Positions 37,355 through 47,666 of a stretch of DNA of 64,000 bases are shown one piece after another. The notes beneath the pieces are model-generated. The model was not told the DNA's origin and did not search any database. It was given only the letters and a program-made list of their open reading frames with translations. Within the stretch, counting starts at the first letter, position 1, and every line of letters starts with the position of its first letter. Position numbers and translations under genes: made by a program. The stretch covers positions 14,026 through 78,025 of the forward strand of contig JAPOXA010000082.1 in the NCBI GenBank assembly GCA_026707325.1, read 5' to 3'. The stretch comes from Acidobacteriota bacterium. Lineage in GTDB: Bacteria > Acidobacteriota > Thermoanaerobaculia > Multivoradales > Multivoraceae.

Positions 37355-39553
37355 TCAGCGGCGGCGGGCGCGGTAGAGGCCGACCAGCAGCACGATGATC
37401 GGCATCCAGCCGATGACGGCGAAGCGCACCGCCGACTCTTCGCGCTCCAGGGCCTCGCGGCGGCCCTTGCGAATGTCCCGCAGTTCCCGGTTCGCCTCCA
37501 GGATCCGCTCGTTCAGTTCGTCGACCTCGTCCTGCAGCTTCCGCTCGAACAGAGCCGCGTTCCGTTGCGTGATTTCGCCCTGCTTCTCGCGAAGCTCCTC
37601 CTGGAAGCTCTCGATCTCCTCGCGGATCTGCCGTTCGCGGTCGAGCGTGTCGAGTTCCGCCTGGGCCTCGATCTCGTCGAACCGGAGGAAGGGCCGGCTC
37701 ATGCCGCTCTTGGCCCGAACCGTCATCAGGTCCTGGGAGCCAAGCAGGTAGTCGATGCTGTTCAGGACGACCTTGTGGTTGTCGTTCTGGGCCTGGACGA
37801 TGCCGAACGGGTTCTGCAGGAAGGCGATCTGGTCGTGCACGAAGTCGACGTCCGCGAACACGACCACCGCCGCCTCTGCACGCTCCTCATCCGGCAGCGG
37901 ATCGCGGTGGATGATCTGGGCGTCATCGGGCGGCGGGACCTCGATCTCCGGCGGCAGGTTCGGCGGCCGCACCGCCTCCTTGTCGGGATAGTCCACGCCA
38001 TCCGGAAAGGCGGTCGGCAGCTTGCCGCGAACCACGTACGCGAGGACCAGGGGCTCCTCACCCGGCGTGAAGGCGTCGCGGAGCTTGGCGCCGTCGTTCA
38101 GGTCCGTGTAGGCCAGAGCATCGCCGCCGCCGAAGCCCGGCAGCACTTCGAGTGTATTGCCGGCCGAAGTCGTCGAGATCAGCGGCCGCAGTTCGACTCC
38201 CTCCGCCAATCCGGTTCCGCCGGAGTCGCTTCCGCCAGGATCTGCCTCGGCGTCGCCTTCGCCGGCTCCGGCCTCCAACCCGTCGTCGTCTACCTCGCGC
38301 AGCACTCCGGAAAGGAAGAAACGCAGCTCGGACAGGCCCCTCAGCATCGGGCTCTCCCCATCCAGCACATCGTCGTGCCGGCTCGAGTCGACCACCAGGT
38401 CGATGACCACCGACTCCGACGCGCCGAACTGGCTCATCGGCCGCCGCGCCGCCAGTTCGAAGTCGGCCGCGAACTCGTTGTCCAGAAGCTCCAGGCCCCA
38501 GGCATCGAGCAACGGCGCCAGGTTCGAGGCCGGCTGGTACTGGAGCGCCGCCCAGGGTTGCTGCGGGTTCTGCGGCGGCGTGTCGCCCAACGCATAGGGA
38601 TCGACGAAGACCAGCGTGTTGCCGCCCCCGGCCACCCACTGGTCGATCGCGAAGACGGTCTTGTCCGGCAGCGCCTTCGGATGAAGCACGACCAGGAGGT
38701 CGTAGTCCTCGCGCGGGATCTCGTCGACGTCGGCAGGGACCTGCGAGACGTCGTAGAGATCCTCGAGGACCTGGACGAGAATCCACTTCTGGGAAGGCGT
38801 CCGTCCCTGGGCGGCCAGCATCTGCGCCATCATCGGATCCTGGGCGCCGCCGAACACCTCGAGACTCGACAGGACCCCCACACGCTGGCGTGTCGGCCAG
38901 AGCAGGCCGTGGATCTTCTTCGAAATCTCGTACTCGATGTTCCCCTGCTCCTGAGGCCACAGGAACTCGATGGTCTCCCGGCTGCCGGTCTGGGTCTCGA
39001 AGGCGAGGCCGAAGTAGAAGAGGTCGCCGTTCTGGTTGATCAACTTGCCGTCGAGACCGTCCTCGGCGGCCTGGTCGGCGGCGTCGCTGTCCGGAATCGG
39101 GTCGATCCACTCGACCTGGATCTTCCCCGCCGCCGCCCTCTCGTACTCGCCGAGCAGGCTGCGGAGGTAGCGCTCGTATCCGATGAAGTCCTTGACGAAC
39201 TTCGGCAGCGTCTTGCCCGTCGTCTCGGAGAAGTAGAGCCGGATGTCGAGCGGCTTGACTCCTTCCTCCTGCATCCGGTCGAGGATGGCGTGGCTGCCGT
39301 CCGTCAGGGAGTAGAGGTCGTCGCCGGTCAGGTCGACGCGGAGGCCCTCGAACCACTCGTTCGCGACGTGAATCGAGAGCACGGTCATCAGCCCGATCAG
39401 GGCCAGGGTCAGCACGCGGCTCTGCGCCACGGTCATTCCACGCTGGCCACTGGAGGCGCCGGCTCCCGTCCCACTGGGTGCGCCGGCTTCCCCCTCACTG
39501 GCTGCGCCGGCGTCCCCGCCGACATCCGGATTCTGCTTCGGTTCGTCAATCAT
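37355..39553 (-). CDS. GldG-like ABC-transport-system auxiliary component (Gldg family)
   Basis: The ATG at 39553 has GGAGAG upstream. It has an N-terminal TM segment, typical blocks DLTGDDLYSLTDGS and FYFGLAFE, and a C-terminal coiled coil plus TM segment. The track N-terminal extension to 40138 overlaps the permease gene. Confidence 0.8.
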   Translation of the reverse strand: MIDEPKQNPDVGGDAGAASEGEAGAPSGTGAGASSGQRGMTVAQSRVLTLALIGLMTVLSIHVANEWFEGLRVDLTGDDLYSLTDGSHAILDRMQEEGVKPLDIRLYFSETTGKTLPKFVKDFIGYERYLRSLLGEYERAAAGKIQVEWIDPIPDSDAADQAAEDGLDGKLINQNGDLFYFGLAFETQTGSRETIEFLWPQEQGNIEYEISKKIHGLLWPTRQRVGVLSSLEVFGGAQDPMMAQMLAAQGRTPSQKWILVQVLEDLYDVSQVPADVDEIPREDYDLLVVLHPKALPDKTVFAIDQWVAGGGNTLVFVDPYALGDTPPQNPQQPWAALQYQPASNLAPLLDAWGLELLDNEFAADFELAARRPMSQFGASESVVIDLVVDSSRHDDVLDGESPMLRGLSELRFFLSGVLREVDDDGLEAGAGEGDAEADPGGSDSGGTGLAEGVELRPLISTTSAGNTLEVLPGFGGGDALAYTDLNDGAKLRDAFTPGEEPLVLAYVVRGKLPTAFPDGVDYPDKEAVRPPNLPPEIEVPPPDDAQIIHRDPLPDEERAEAAVVVFADVDFVHDQIAFLQNPFGIVQAQNDNHKVVLNSIDYLLGSQDLMTVRAKSGMSRPFLRFDEIEAQAELDTLDRERQIREEIESFQEELREKQGEITQRNAALFERKLQDEVDELNERILEANRELRDIRKGRREALEREESAVRFAVIGWMPIIVLLVGLYRARRR

Positions 39554-39576
39554 CTGCCCAAACTCTCCATCTCGCC

Positions 39577-40338
39577 TCAGTTCGTCTTCGTCTGGCCGAG
39601 CACCAGCATGCCGCAGACCAGCCAGCCGACGGTAAACAACACGAAGAACAGCAACGAGTTCAACTGCAACAGACCCCGGGTCAGCGTCTCGAAGTGATCG
39701 AGCAGGCTCAGCGACGAGACGACCCGCTCGACGTAGCCGCCGAACCACTTGCCCACGAACTCCTGTGTCTGCGGCACGCCGATCAACAGGAAGCCGACCG
39801 ACGCCGCCACGGCCAGGATGAATGCCACCACCTGGTTCTTCGACAGCGCCGAGAACAGAAGGCCGATCGCCAGCAGCACCGCCGCCGCCAGCAGCGTCGC
39901 GACGTAGCTCGCGAAGATCGCGCCCCAGTCCGGATCGCCGAGCCGGGCCACCTGGAACACCGCCGGCCAGGTCAGGAACACGGAGACGGCGAGGAAGGCC
40001 CAGCCGGCCAGGAACTTGCCGAGATAGGAACCCTCGAGGGTGATCGGCAGGGTGAGCAGCAGCTCGACCGTGCCGGACCGGCGCTCCTCCGCCCAGAGCC
40101 GCATCGCCACCGCCGGCACCAGCACGACGAAGATCCACGGCAAGTAGCTGAACAGCGCGTCCAGATTCGCCTCGCGCAGCTCCAGGAAGCGGCCGAAGTC
40201 GCGCGACACCATGAGATAGCCGCTGGCGATCAGGAAGATGACGATGAAGATGTAGCCCAGCGGCGAGGCGAAGTAACCGTGGAACTCCCGGCGCAGCACC
40301 GCCCTCATGCCGGTGAACCGGCGCGCCAGCCCGCTCAT
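39577..40338 (-). CDS. ABC-2 type transporter permease (GldF-like)
   Basis: The ATG at 40338 overlaps the ATPase stop (ATGA). It is 253 aa with about six hydrophobic segments and the block REFHGYFASPLGYIF. Confidence 0.82.
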   Translation of the reverse strand: MSGLARRFTGMRAVLRREFHGYFASPLGYIFIVIFLIASGYLMVSRDFGRFLELREANLDALFSYLPWIFVVLVPAVAMRLWAEERRSGTVELLLTLPITLEGSYLGKFLAGWAFLAVSVFLTWPAVFQVARLGDPDWGAIFASYVATLLAAAVLLAIGLLFSALSKNQVVAFILAVAASVGFLLIGVPQTQEFVGKWFGGYVERVVSSLSLLDHFETLTRGLLQLNSLLFFVLFTVGWLVCGMLVLGQTKTN

Positions 40339-41345
40339 GCCGCCACTCCCCTGGTCACGTCGCGGAAGAGTTCGTCGAGCCGGCCTTCCCTCACCCTGAC
40401 ATCGGCGACCCGGTGCTCGCCGACCGCCGCCAGCACGTCGTTCAGCCGGTTCTCGCCGTCCCTGGGCTCCGCCTCGACCTCGCCACCCGGCAACACGCGG
40501 GCGCCGGCGCACCAGTCGGCGGCGGACAGGGTCGCCGCCACCTCGGCGGCGTCGCCCTCGGTGACCCGGAAGCGGACGGCGTTGTGGCCCGGCGCCTGGG
40601 CCACCAGGGCGTCCGGCGTCGAATCGACCAGAATGCGACCTTCGGAGAGGATGACCGCGCGGTTGCACACCCGCTCGGCCTCGTCGAGGATGTGGGTCGA
40701 GAGGACGATGCAGCGATTGGCGGAAAGGCTGGAGATCAGGTCCTGGACCACCGCCTTCTGGTTCGGGTCGAGGCCGTCCGTCGGCTCGTCCAGGATCAGC
40801 ACGTCCGGATCGTGGATCAGCGCTTGCGCGAGGCCGACGCGGCGCTTGTAGCCCTTCGACAGGGTCTCGATCGTCTGACCGCGCACGCTCCGCAGGTGCG
40901 CCGTCTCGAGCACGCTGTCGATCGCCTCGTCCGCCGCCTCGAGCTCCCGGGCCTCGGCGATGAACCGCAGGAAAGCCTCGACGGTCATCTCGCCGTAGGC
41001 GGGGGCGTCCTCCGGCAGGTAGCCGATCCGCCGGCTGACGGCCAGGCGGTCGGCGGCGACATCGATGCCGGCGACCTCGATGGAACCCCGGTCCGGTTCC
41101 AGAAAGCCGGTGATCATCTTCATCGCCGTCGTCTTGCCGGCGCCGTTCGGCCCCAGGAAGCCGAGCACGTCGCCGCGGCGCACCTGAAAGCTGATGCCGT
41201 CGACGGCGCGGATCGCACCGTAGTGCTTGGTCAGGTCGGCGACGGAGATCAGAACCTCGCCAAGCGCGTCGGCCTCGGGCAATGCGGCCTCGGTCTCCGC
41301 CGCTACCGCGGACGGGACGGAGTCGGGGTGGTCGGTTTCGGTCAC
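40335..41345 (-). CDS. ABC transporter ATP-binding protein (GldA-like)
   Basis: The GTG start has GGAGAA 8 nt upstream. Walker A is GPNGAGKTT, the signature is LSKGYKRR and Walker B is LILDEPT. Confidence 0.88.
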   Translation of the reverse strand: MTETDHPDSVPSAVAAETEAALPEADALGEVLISVADLTKHYGAIRAVDGISFQVRRGDVLGFLGPNGAGKTTAMKMITGFLEPDRGSIEVAGIDVAADRLAVSRRIGYLPEDAPAYGEMTVEAFLRFIAEARELEAADEAIDSVLETAHLRSVRGQTIETLSKGYKRRVGLAQALIHDPDVLILDEPTDGLDPNQKAVVQDLISSLSANRCIVLSTHILDEAERVCNRAVILSEGRILVDSTPDALVAQAPGHNAVRFRVTEGDAAEVAATLSAADWCAGARVLPGGEVEAEPRDGENRLNDVLAAVGEHRVADVRVREGRLDELFRDVTRGVAA

Positions 41346-41460
41346 TCTCGACGTTCTCCGTGAACAGTGGACACCAGTTTTCGACGCAGGATCTCAGCAC
41401 AACCCTGCGAGGGAGCGCAAGATTCCCGGCAAAGTCGGGAGCTGACCTCGGACCGCCGGC

Positions 41461-44115
41461 CTACCAGGTATCCGGCGCCGACGTTGGGTCGATCAGGCCG
41501 GAGAGGAAGATCGAGTTCAGGAACAGCCGGTTGGCACCGTAGAAGTAGGCGCGGAAGTTTGGATTGTCGAGAAGCTGAATCACGACGCCGCGGCCCATCC
41601 GACTGGCGATGACGGCCGGTTTGCCGGCCAGCCGACGCTGGTTCTCGGGTGAAATCCAACCGGAGAGCCGCGGCGGGTCCTGGTACAGGGCGACGTTCTC
41701 GAAGGGATCGGAGCTGGGCGGGAGGATCCACTCGCCGGTGCGGATCACGGCGAGGGCCGACCGCTTGTAGCCGTAAGCCAGCGGATGCGTCAGATCGAGT
41801 TCGGTGCCGACGATCGTGCCGGCCATGAGCTGCTCGGCTCGCTGGTCCCGGTAGTCGGCGTAGCGGTGGCGCTCCGACGCTTCGGACGCGCCCGCGTCCT
41901 CACCCTCGTCGGCCGCCTCGTCGACCTCCGCTTCGCGGCCCAGGAGTTCGACGCCTGCCCAGCGGCTCGCCGCACCGATGGCCACCACCGCGCCGCCGCT
42001 CCGCACCCAGTTCCGGAGGCGATCCCGAACGTCGTCCCGGGGCGCCCCGCCGCTGAAGCCGCCAAGGGTCAGCACGACATGCGTGTAGCGGTCAAGGTCC
42101 ACGCTGCCGAGCGCTCCGAGGTCGACCAGGGAGGCCTCGACGCCGAAGCGTTCGTCGAGCACATGCCAGGCCTCGCCGGCCCGGTACGCCGGAACGCCGC
42201 GGCCGGTCACGAGCAGAGGGCGCGGCGCGACCAGAGGCCGCAGACTCGGACTGCCGATGTCGATCCCTGCCGCGGCCTGGCCGCTGATCAGACGATGGAC
42301 GTCGACGCCGTCCGCGGCCGCCGCCTCCGCGAACAGCGCCTCCAGCGCGACCCGGGCATTGGCGCCCGGCTCGGCGTCCCGGCCGACTGGCACCACGATC
42401 GCTCCCGGTTCGAAAGCCTGAGGGCCGTCGGGTGTCTCGGCGATGAACGAAGCCGTAGCGGCCCGGGCCCGCGCCCCCGCCCGCTGCAGGCGGTTGAGGG
42501 TGCGGGCCGAGAAGTAGCCGTCCCAGGAGAAGGCGTAGGCGTAGGTCGACGTACCTCGGGGAGGGGCACTGAACGCGCCCGGTTCGATCGCGGCGTCGAT
42601 CACCGCCGTCCCCAGCAACTCGGGCCGGTAGACGCCGCCTTCGAGCAAGTCGTACTCGGCGCCGAAGGCGAGCGGCAGCGTCCACGCCGAGACGTCGTAG
42701 AACACGGAGTCGTTGAACTCGGTGACCTTCTCGAAGAGGGAGCGCACGAGCGTCGACTGGGGTTGCGCCAGCGGCACCAGCCATGACGTGCCCGGCGTGT
42801 AGGCCCGGCCGGAAACCGCGATCTCCTCTGCCGTCCCGTAGACCTCGATCTCGTGCCTCAGCAGCAGGTCGAGCATCCGGTGGGCGCGGCCGCGGTCGCC
42901 GTCCACGTGGAACACCCAGGCGGCCGGACCGACCGCCTCCGCCGCGGCCAGAGCGCCGCGGAAGAAGTCGCGCTGGTGCTCCAGCAGTTCCAGGCGCTTC
43001 GCCACGCCGCCCTCGACCATCGACAGCGACGCCAGGAGCTGGTTCTTGATCCCGTACACGAACGCCAGTTCGCCGTTCGCCGTCTCCAGCCGGTGCCCCG
43101 CCGCCCTCGCCTGCTCGAACAGGAATCCGACCGCGCCGTGAGCGTCCGGGTAGGTCGAGCCCTTTCCGAGGTAGAAGTCGTCGAAACCCTCCCGGGTGTA
43201 GTAGAGCCGGCCCGCGCCGTCGAACACGGCGGCGTGGTGGGCCGCGAGCGCCTCCGTCAGCTCCACGTTGCGCTCGGGAATCAGCGGATTCCGCCGGCTC
43301 GGGACGCCCGGCTGGAAGAAGAACGTGGCGTCGGAGCCCATCTCGTGGAAATCGCCGACCAGGTTCGGCTGCCAGGCCTTCCAGGTCGCCATGCGGTTCC
43401 GCGACTCGGGGTGCTGCAGCAGCAGCCAGTCCCGGTTCAGGTCGAACCAGTAGTGATTCGTGCGGCCCCCCGGCCACGGTTCGCGGTGCTCCCGGTGGGC
43501 AGGATCGGCATTCAGCACCATGCCGCGGTTCGTGTTCGCCCAATGGGCAAAGCGGCCGATCCCGTCCGGATTCAGGCTCGGATCCAGGAGGATGACCGCC
43601 TGCTCCAGTTGCTCCGCGACGACGTCGGAGAGCGACGCGGCCAGGTGGTAGGCAACCAGCATCGAGGCACTCGCGCCGCTCGGCTCGTTGCCGTGGATGC
43701 TGTAGCCGAGCCAGATGACGACCGGCAGGTCCTCGAGTTCCGGCGCCGGTTGCCGCGGGTCGACGACGCCGCGCCGCTGTTCGCGGATCTCGTCGAGCCG
43801 GGCATGGTTGCGCGGCGACGTGATCGTCAGCAGGGGCTGGGGACGCTGCTCGTGGCTGTGCCCCTGCACGGAGATGGTCACCCGTGGCGAGGACGCGGCC
43901 ACGGCCCGCATGTAGGCGTTGAGCTGATCGGGACGAACGTGCCACTCGCCCACCTCGTAGCCAAGCACGGCGGACGGACGGGGCACGCCCGGGTCGTAGG
44001 CCGCCGGGTCGCGGGCGTCCGGTAGGTAGTAGGAGAGATCTTCGGCGGCCGCGGGCGAAGCGAGGAGGATGGCGAGAACGGCGAGAGAGACGATGCGCGA
44101 GCGTCGATCAGGCAT
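41461..44115 (-). CDS. M14 family zinc carboxypeptidase-like protein, secreted, large multidomain
   Basis: The start is ATG at 44115, followed by a signal peptide. The M14 block is VIWLGYSIHGNEPSGASAS, with DLNRD further downstream. Confidence 0.8.
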   Translation of the reverse strand: MPDRRSRIVSLAVLAILLASPAAAEDLSYYLPDARDPAAYDPGVPRPSAVLGYEVGEWHVRPDQLNAYMRAVAASSPRVTISVQGHSHEQRPQPLLTITSPRNHARLDEIREQRRGVVDPRQPAPELEDLPVVIWLGYSIHGNEPSGASASMLVAYHLAASLSDVVAEQLEQAVILLDPSLNPDGIGRFAHWANTNRGMVLNADPAHREHREPWPGGRTNHYWFDLNRDWLLLQHPESRNRMATWKAWQPNLVGDFHEMGSDATFFFQPGVPSRRNPLIPERNVELTEALAAHHAAVFDGAGRLYYTREGFDDFYLGKGSTYPDAHGAVGFLFEQARAAGHRLETANGELAFVYGIKNQLLASLSMVEGGVAKRLELLEHQRDFFRGALAAAEAVGPAAWVFHVDGDRGRAHRMLDLLLRHEIEVYGTAEEIAVSGRAYTPGTSWLVPLAQPQSTLVRSLFEKVTEFNDSVFYDVSAWTLPLAFGAEYDLLEGGVYRPELLGTAVIDAAIEPGAFSAPPRGTSTYAYAFSWDGYFSARTLNRLQRAGARARAATASFIAETPDGPQAFEPGAIVVPVGRDAEPGANARVALEALFAEAAAADGVDVHRLISGQAAAGIDIGSPSLRPLVAPRPLLVTGRGVPAYRAGEAWHVLDERFGVEASLVDLGALGSVDLDRYTHVVLTLGGFSGGAPRDDVRDRLRNWVRSGGAVVAIGAASRWAGVELLGREAEVDEAADEGEDAGASEASERHRYADYRDQRAEQLMAGTIVGTELDLTHPLAYGYKRSALAVIRTGEWILPPSSDPFENVALYQDPPRLSGWISPENQRRLAGKPAVIASRMGRGVVIQLLDNPNFRAYFYGANRLFLNSIFLSGLIDPTSAPDTW

Positions 44116-44159
44116 CGCGCGAGTGTAGCTGCCGCGCCGCTCAGCCAAGGGCGTACAAT

Positions 44160-47100
44160 GTGCCGCTTCCAATGAACCCGCCCCTGCCGCCCGAAGAAGG
44201 CCAGGTCCTGACCGGGCCTCAGTTCAGCGAACCCATGCGCGTGGTGACCGCGGCGGGCAACGGCCTCGGAGGCTGGAAACTCGGTCTGGTCGGCACTCGG
44301 ACCCAGCTCTTTCGGCAGGTGTCGCTCGACGACGCGCAACTCTCCGAACTGACTGCGACCGACGGCGCCTTCCGCTACGACGGCGACGGCGGGCTCCTCC
44401 GGCTCGGCCTCGATGCCCACGCGCTCGGCATCGCCTGGGAGTTCGACCCGTACTTCGGACTGTCGGTGTCCCGGGTCGACCCGCTACCGCACCAGCTTGA
44501 AGCCGTCTACGACCACCTCCTCAAACCGGCGCGAGTGCGGTTCCTGCTGGCCGACGACGCGGGCGCCGGCAAGACGATCATGTCCGGCCTGCTCCTTCGC
44601 GAGCTCCAGTTGCGCGGCCTTGCCGAACGCACTCTGATCGTGGCCCCGTCCAACCTGACGTTCCAGTGGCAGCGGGAGTTGCGCGAGAAGTTCGAGCAGA
44701 GCTTCGTCGTGCTGAAGGGCGCCGAGCTGCGCGCCCAGTATGGCGTCAACCAGTGGATGGACCGCAACCGGATCATCACCTCGCTCGACTTGGCGAAGCG
44801 CGACGAGATCCTCCCCGGCCTGAAGCAGGCGCGCTGGGACCTGGTCATTGTCGACGAGGCGCACCGAATGTCGGCACGCGACGAGTCCCACAAGAGCCTG
44901 CGCTACAAGCTCGGCGAACTGCTTCGCGACACCTGCGACCACCTGTTGCTGCTGACAGCGACGCCGCACAAGGGCGACCCGGAGAACTTCTCCCTCTTCC
45001 TCCAGCTTCTCGACCGCGACGCCTACGCGAACGTGACCTCCATCCGCCACGCACTGCACCATGGCTACGCGCCGTTCTACCTCCGCCGCACGAAGGAGGC
45101 GATGGTCCACTTCCCGCAGCGCGACGCGAACGGCGAGTGGGTCGTGCGGCCGATCTTCACGCGGCGCATCCCCAGCACCGCGGGTTTCTCCATCGAGGGC
45201 GCCGAGCACGATCTGTACCGGGAAGTCACCGAGTTCGTGAAGCGGCAGAGCAGGCTGGCGGCCGAACGCGACGATCCACGGGGCCGCGCCATGGGCTTCC
45301 TGATGGCCCTCTACCAGCGCCGCCTGGCGTCCAGCACCCGTGCCCTCTTCCGCAGTCTGTGCAACCGGGCGGAGCGGCTCGAACAGGCGCTTGCGAAGGC
45401 GCACGATCTGGCCAGCGGCGCGCCGTCCGATCTGCCGAGCATCGACGACCTCGAAGACCTTGAGGAGATGGAAGAACAGGAACGCGAGCGCGTACTGGAA
45501 CTCATCGAGGCCATCTCCCTGACGGACAACGCGGACGCGATCCGCGAGGAGGTCGCGGAGCTGCGCGCGCTCGCCCTCCGCGCCGAGGCGGTCGAAGGGC
45601 AGGGGGTCGAGGCGAAGCTCACCAGACTCGAGCGGCTCCTGCGAAGAGACGGCTTCTTCGATCGCCCGGACCAGCGCCTGGTGCTGTTCACCGAGTTCAA
45701 GGACACGCTGGACTACCTGGTCGAGAAGCTGCGCGGCTGGGGCTTCCGGGTCGCCACCATTCACGGCGGCATGAAGCCAGGCAGCCGCGACGAGCCGGGC
45801 ACCAGGCTGCACGCAGAGCAGCAGTTCCGTGAAGGCGCGGTGCAGGTGCTCGCAGCCACGGAAGCGGCCGGCGAGGGGATCAACCTGCAGGTCTGCAACG
45901 TGCTCTTCAACTACGACATCCCGTGGAACCCGAACCGACTTGAACAGCGGATGGGGCGCATCCACCGCTACGGGCAGGAGAAGGACTGCCTGATCTTCAA
46001 CTTCGTCGCCACCAACACCGTCGAGGGGCACGTCCTGGAGCGCCTGCTCGAAAAGCTGAAGGAGATTCGCAACGCGCTCGACGACGACGCCGTGTTCAAC
46101 GTGGTCGGCCAAGTGCTTCCGGCGTCCCGGATGGAGCGGCTCCTCCGCGACTACTACGCGGGACGTCTCGGCCAAGAAGACCTGGAAGAGCGCATGCTGC
46201 GGCCCGTGGAAGAGTCGCGCTTCCGCGACATCTGCCGGAACGCCCTGGAGGGCCTTGCCTCTAAGAAGCTGAACCTGGAGATGCTCGTCGAACGCCGCGC
46301 CCGGGCCCGCGAACGTCGCGTGGTCCCGGAGACCATCGCCCGCTTCCTTCGTGAAGCCGCGCCGCGGACAGGTCTCGACCTTCGCTTCCTTCGCGGCGTG
46401 AAACTGCGGCATGCGTTCGAGCCCGGTCGGACACCCGCTGGCCTGCGCCGGTACCAGCGCGACGAGGACTGGCGGTTGGCCGACCTCGCCACGCGCTATC
46501 CCCGCTGCAGTACCGACCGCGACACTGCCCGAAACCACAACCTCGAGTGGGTCACGCCCGGCCATCCGCTGTTCGAAGCAGTGCGCAGGCATACCCGCGA
46601 CGAGGCGGCTGACCCGCTACGAAGCGGCGCCACGTTCCACTCCCTGGATCACGTGGAACCCTCGCGCATCGACTTCTACCGGGCCCAAGTCATCGACGGG
46701 ATGGGCTCCGTGGTCCAGGAGAAGCTGCTCGCCGTGGAGCTCGGCGCAGGCGGCGGCGAGCACCTGGAGCGCCGCGAACCCGGCGTTCTCGGCAACCTGA
46801 CGCCAGCCCCGGCGCCCGAGGAGCTTCCGGCCGTCACCTTCGCGCCCGCTCCCGAAACCTGGCTACACGAACAGGTGCTACGCCCTTGGCTCGAGAAGAC
46901 CCGTGCCGAACGCGACGCCGAGGTGGAGCGTGTCGTCGACCACGTGCAGCGGTCCCTCACAGAGCTCCTGAACCGGGCGGATGACGAGATTGGCCGCGCC
47001 GCGCTCGAGGTGGAGGCCGGGCGCCGTGGCGCGGAGGGCCGGTTGAAGAGAGCCGAACTCCGGCACGACGAACTGTCCGCCCGCCGCACGCGCCGACTCG

Positions 47101-47603
47101 AGGAACTGGAACGCCAGCGCTCCCTCACCCTCCAGGGCGTCGAGCGGATCACCAGCGTTCTCGTTCTACCGCACCCGGAACGCGGCGCTGCTGACGTCAA
47201 GCGTCATCGGCCGGATCCGGCGACCGAGATGACCGCCATGCGCGTGGTGATAGAGCACGAAGAGGCCGAAGGGCGGCGCACGGAGGATGTGAGCGCGAAG
47301 AACCTCGGCTACGACGTCACCAGCCTCGACCCGAACTCCGGCGATCTACGCCTCATCGAGGTCAAGGGCCTGGCCGCCAGGAGCGGCACCATCCTGCTGA
47401 CGCCGAACGAGCGCCGCGTAGCCGAGGACCGTCCGGATTGCTACTGGCTGTACGTCGTCACCGACTGCGCTACCACGCCGGTTCTCCGGGACCCGGTCCG
47501 GAACCCGGCGCGGAAACCGTGGGTCGAGGTAAAGAAGGTGCAGCACTACTATCTCGACGTTGAGAAGCTGAGCGCCGCGCCCGACCAACGGAGCGACCGG
47601 TGA
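44160..47603 (+). CDS. SNF2-family helicase with C-terminal DUF3883-like PD-(D/E)xK nuclease-fold domain
   Basis: Motif I is LLADDAGAGKT, motif II is VIVDEAHRMS and motif VI is QRMGRIHRYGQ. The C-terminus reads GYDVTSLDPNSGDLRLIEVKG...YWLYVV. The start is GTG at 44160 or ATG at 44172. TACAAT at 44154-44159 abuts the start. Confidence 0.88.
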   Translation: MPLPMNPPLPPEEGQVLTGPQFSEPMRVVTAAGNGLGGWKLGLVGTRTQLFRQVSLDDAQLSELTATDGAFRYDGDGGLLRLGLDAHALGIAWEFDPYFGLSVSRVDPLPHQLEAVYDHLLKPARVRFLLADDAGAGKTIMSGLLLRELQLRGLAERTLIVAPSNLTFQWQRELREKFEQSFVVLKGAELRAQYGVNQWMDRNRIITSLDLAKRDEILPGLKQARWDLVIVDEAHRMSARDESHKSLRYKLGELLRDTCDHLLLLTATPHKGDPENFSLFLQLLDRDAYANVTSIRHALHHGYAPFYLRRTKEAMVHFPQRDANGEWVVRPIFTRRIPSTAGFSIEGAEHDLYREVTEFVKRQSRLAAERDDPRGRAMGFLMALYQRRLASSTRALFRSLCNRAERLEQALAKAHDLASGAPSDLPSIDDLEDLEEMEEQERERVLELIEAISLTDNADAIREEVAELRALALRAEAVEGQGVEAKLTRLERLLRRDGFFDRPDQRLVLFTEFKDTLDYLVEKLRGWGFRVATIHGGMKPGSRDEPGTRLHAEQQFREGAVQVLAATEAAGEGINLQVCNVLFNYDIPWNPNRLEQRMGRIHRYGQEKDCLIFNFVATNTVEGHVLERLLEKLKEIRNALDDDAVFNVVGQVLPASRMERLLRDYYAGRLGQEDLEERMLRPVEESRFRDICRNALEGLASKKLNLEMLVERRARARERRVVPETIARFLREAAPRTGLDLRFLRGVKLRHAFEPGRTPAGLRRYQRDEDWRLADLATRYPRCSTDRDTARNHNLEWVTPGHPLFEAVRRHTRDEAADPLRSGATFHSLDHVEPSRIDFYRAQVIDGMGSVVQEKLLAVELGAGGGEHLERREPGVLGNLTPAPAPEELPAVTFAPAPETWLHEQVLRPWLEKTRAERDAEVERVVDHVQRSLTELLNRADDEIGRAALEVEAGRRGAEGRLKRAELRHDELSARRTRRLEELERQRSLTLQGVERITSVLVLPHPERGAADVKRHRPDPATEMTAMRVVIEHEEAEGRRTEDVSAKNLGYDVTSLDPNSGDLRLIEVKGLAARSGTILLTPNERRVAEDRPDCYWLYVVTDCATTPVLRDPVRNPARKPWVEVKKVQHYYLDVEKLSAAPDQRSDR

Positions 47604-47666
47604 GTCGATCCCCGGGCGCGAGATTCGTCACACCGAAGCCCATGCCACCGGTGGATGGAGATCCGA

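Noticed and set aside
44100-44175. Direct repeats or att-like sequences flanking the defence island (left border compared with 56433-56500).
   Set aside because: Only 7-mer-level similarity (GCCGCTC) was seen by eye, which is not above chance. No integrase or tRNA gene is adjacent.
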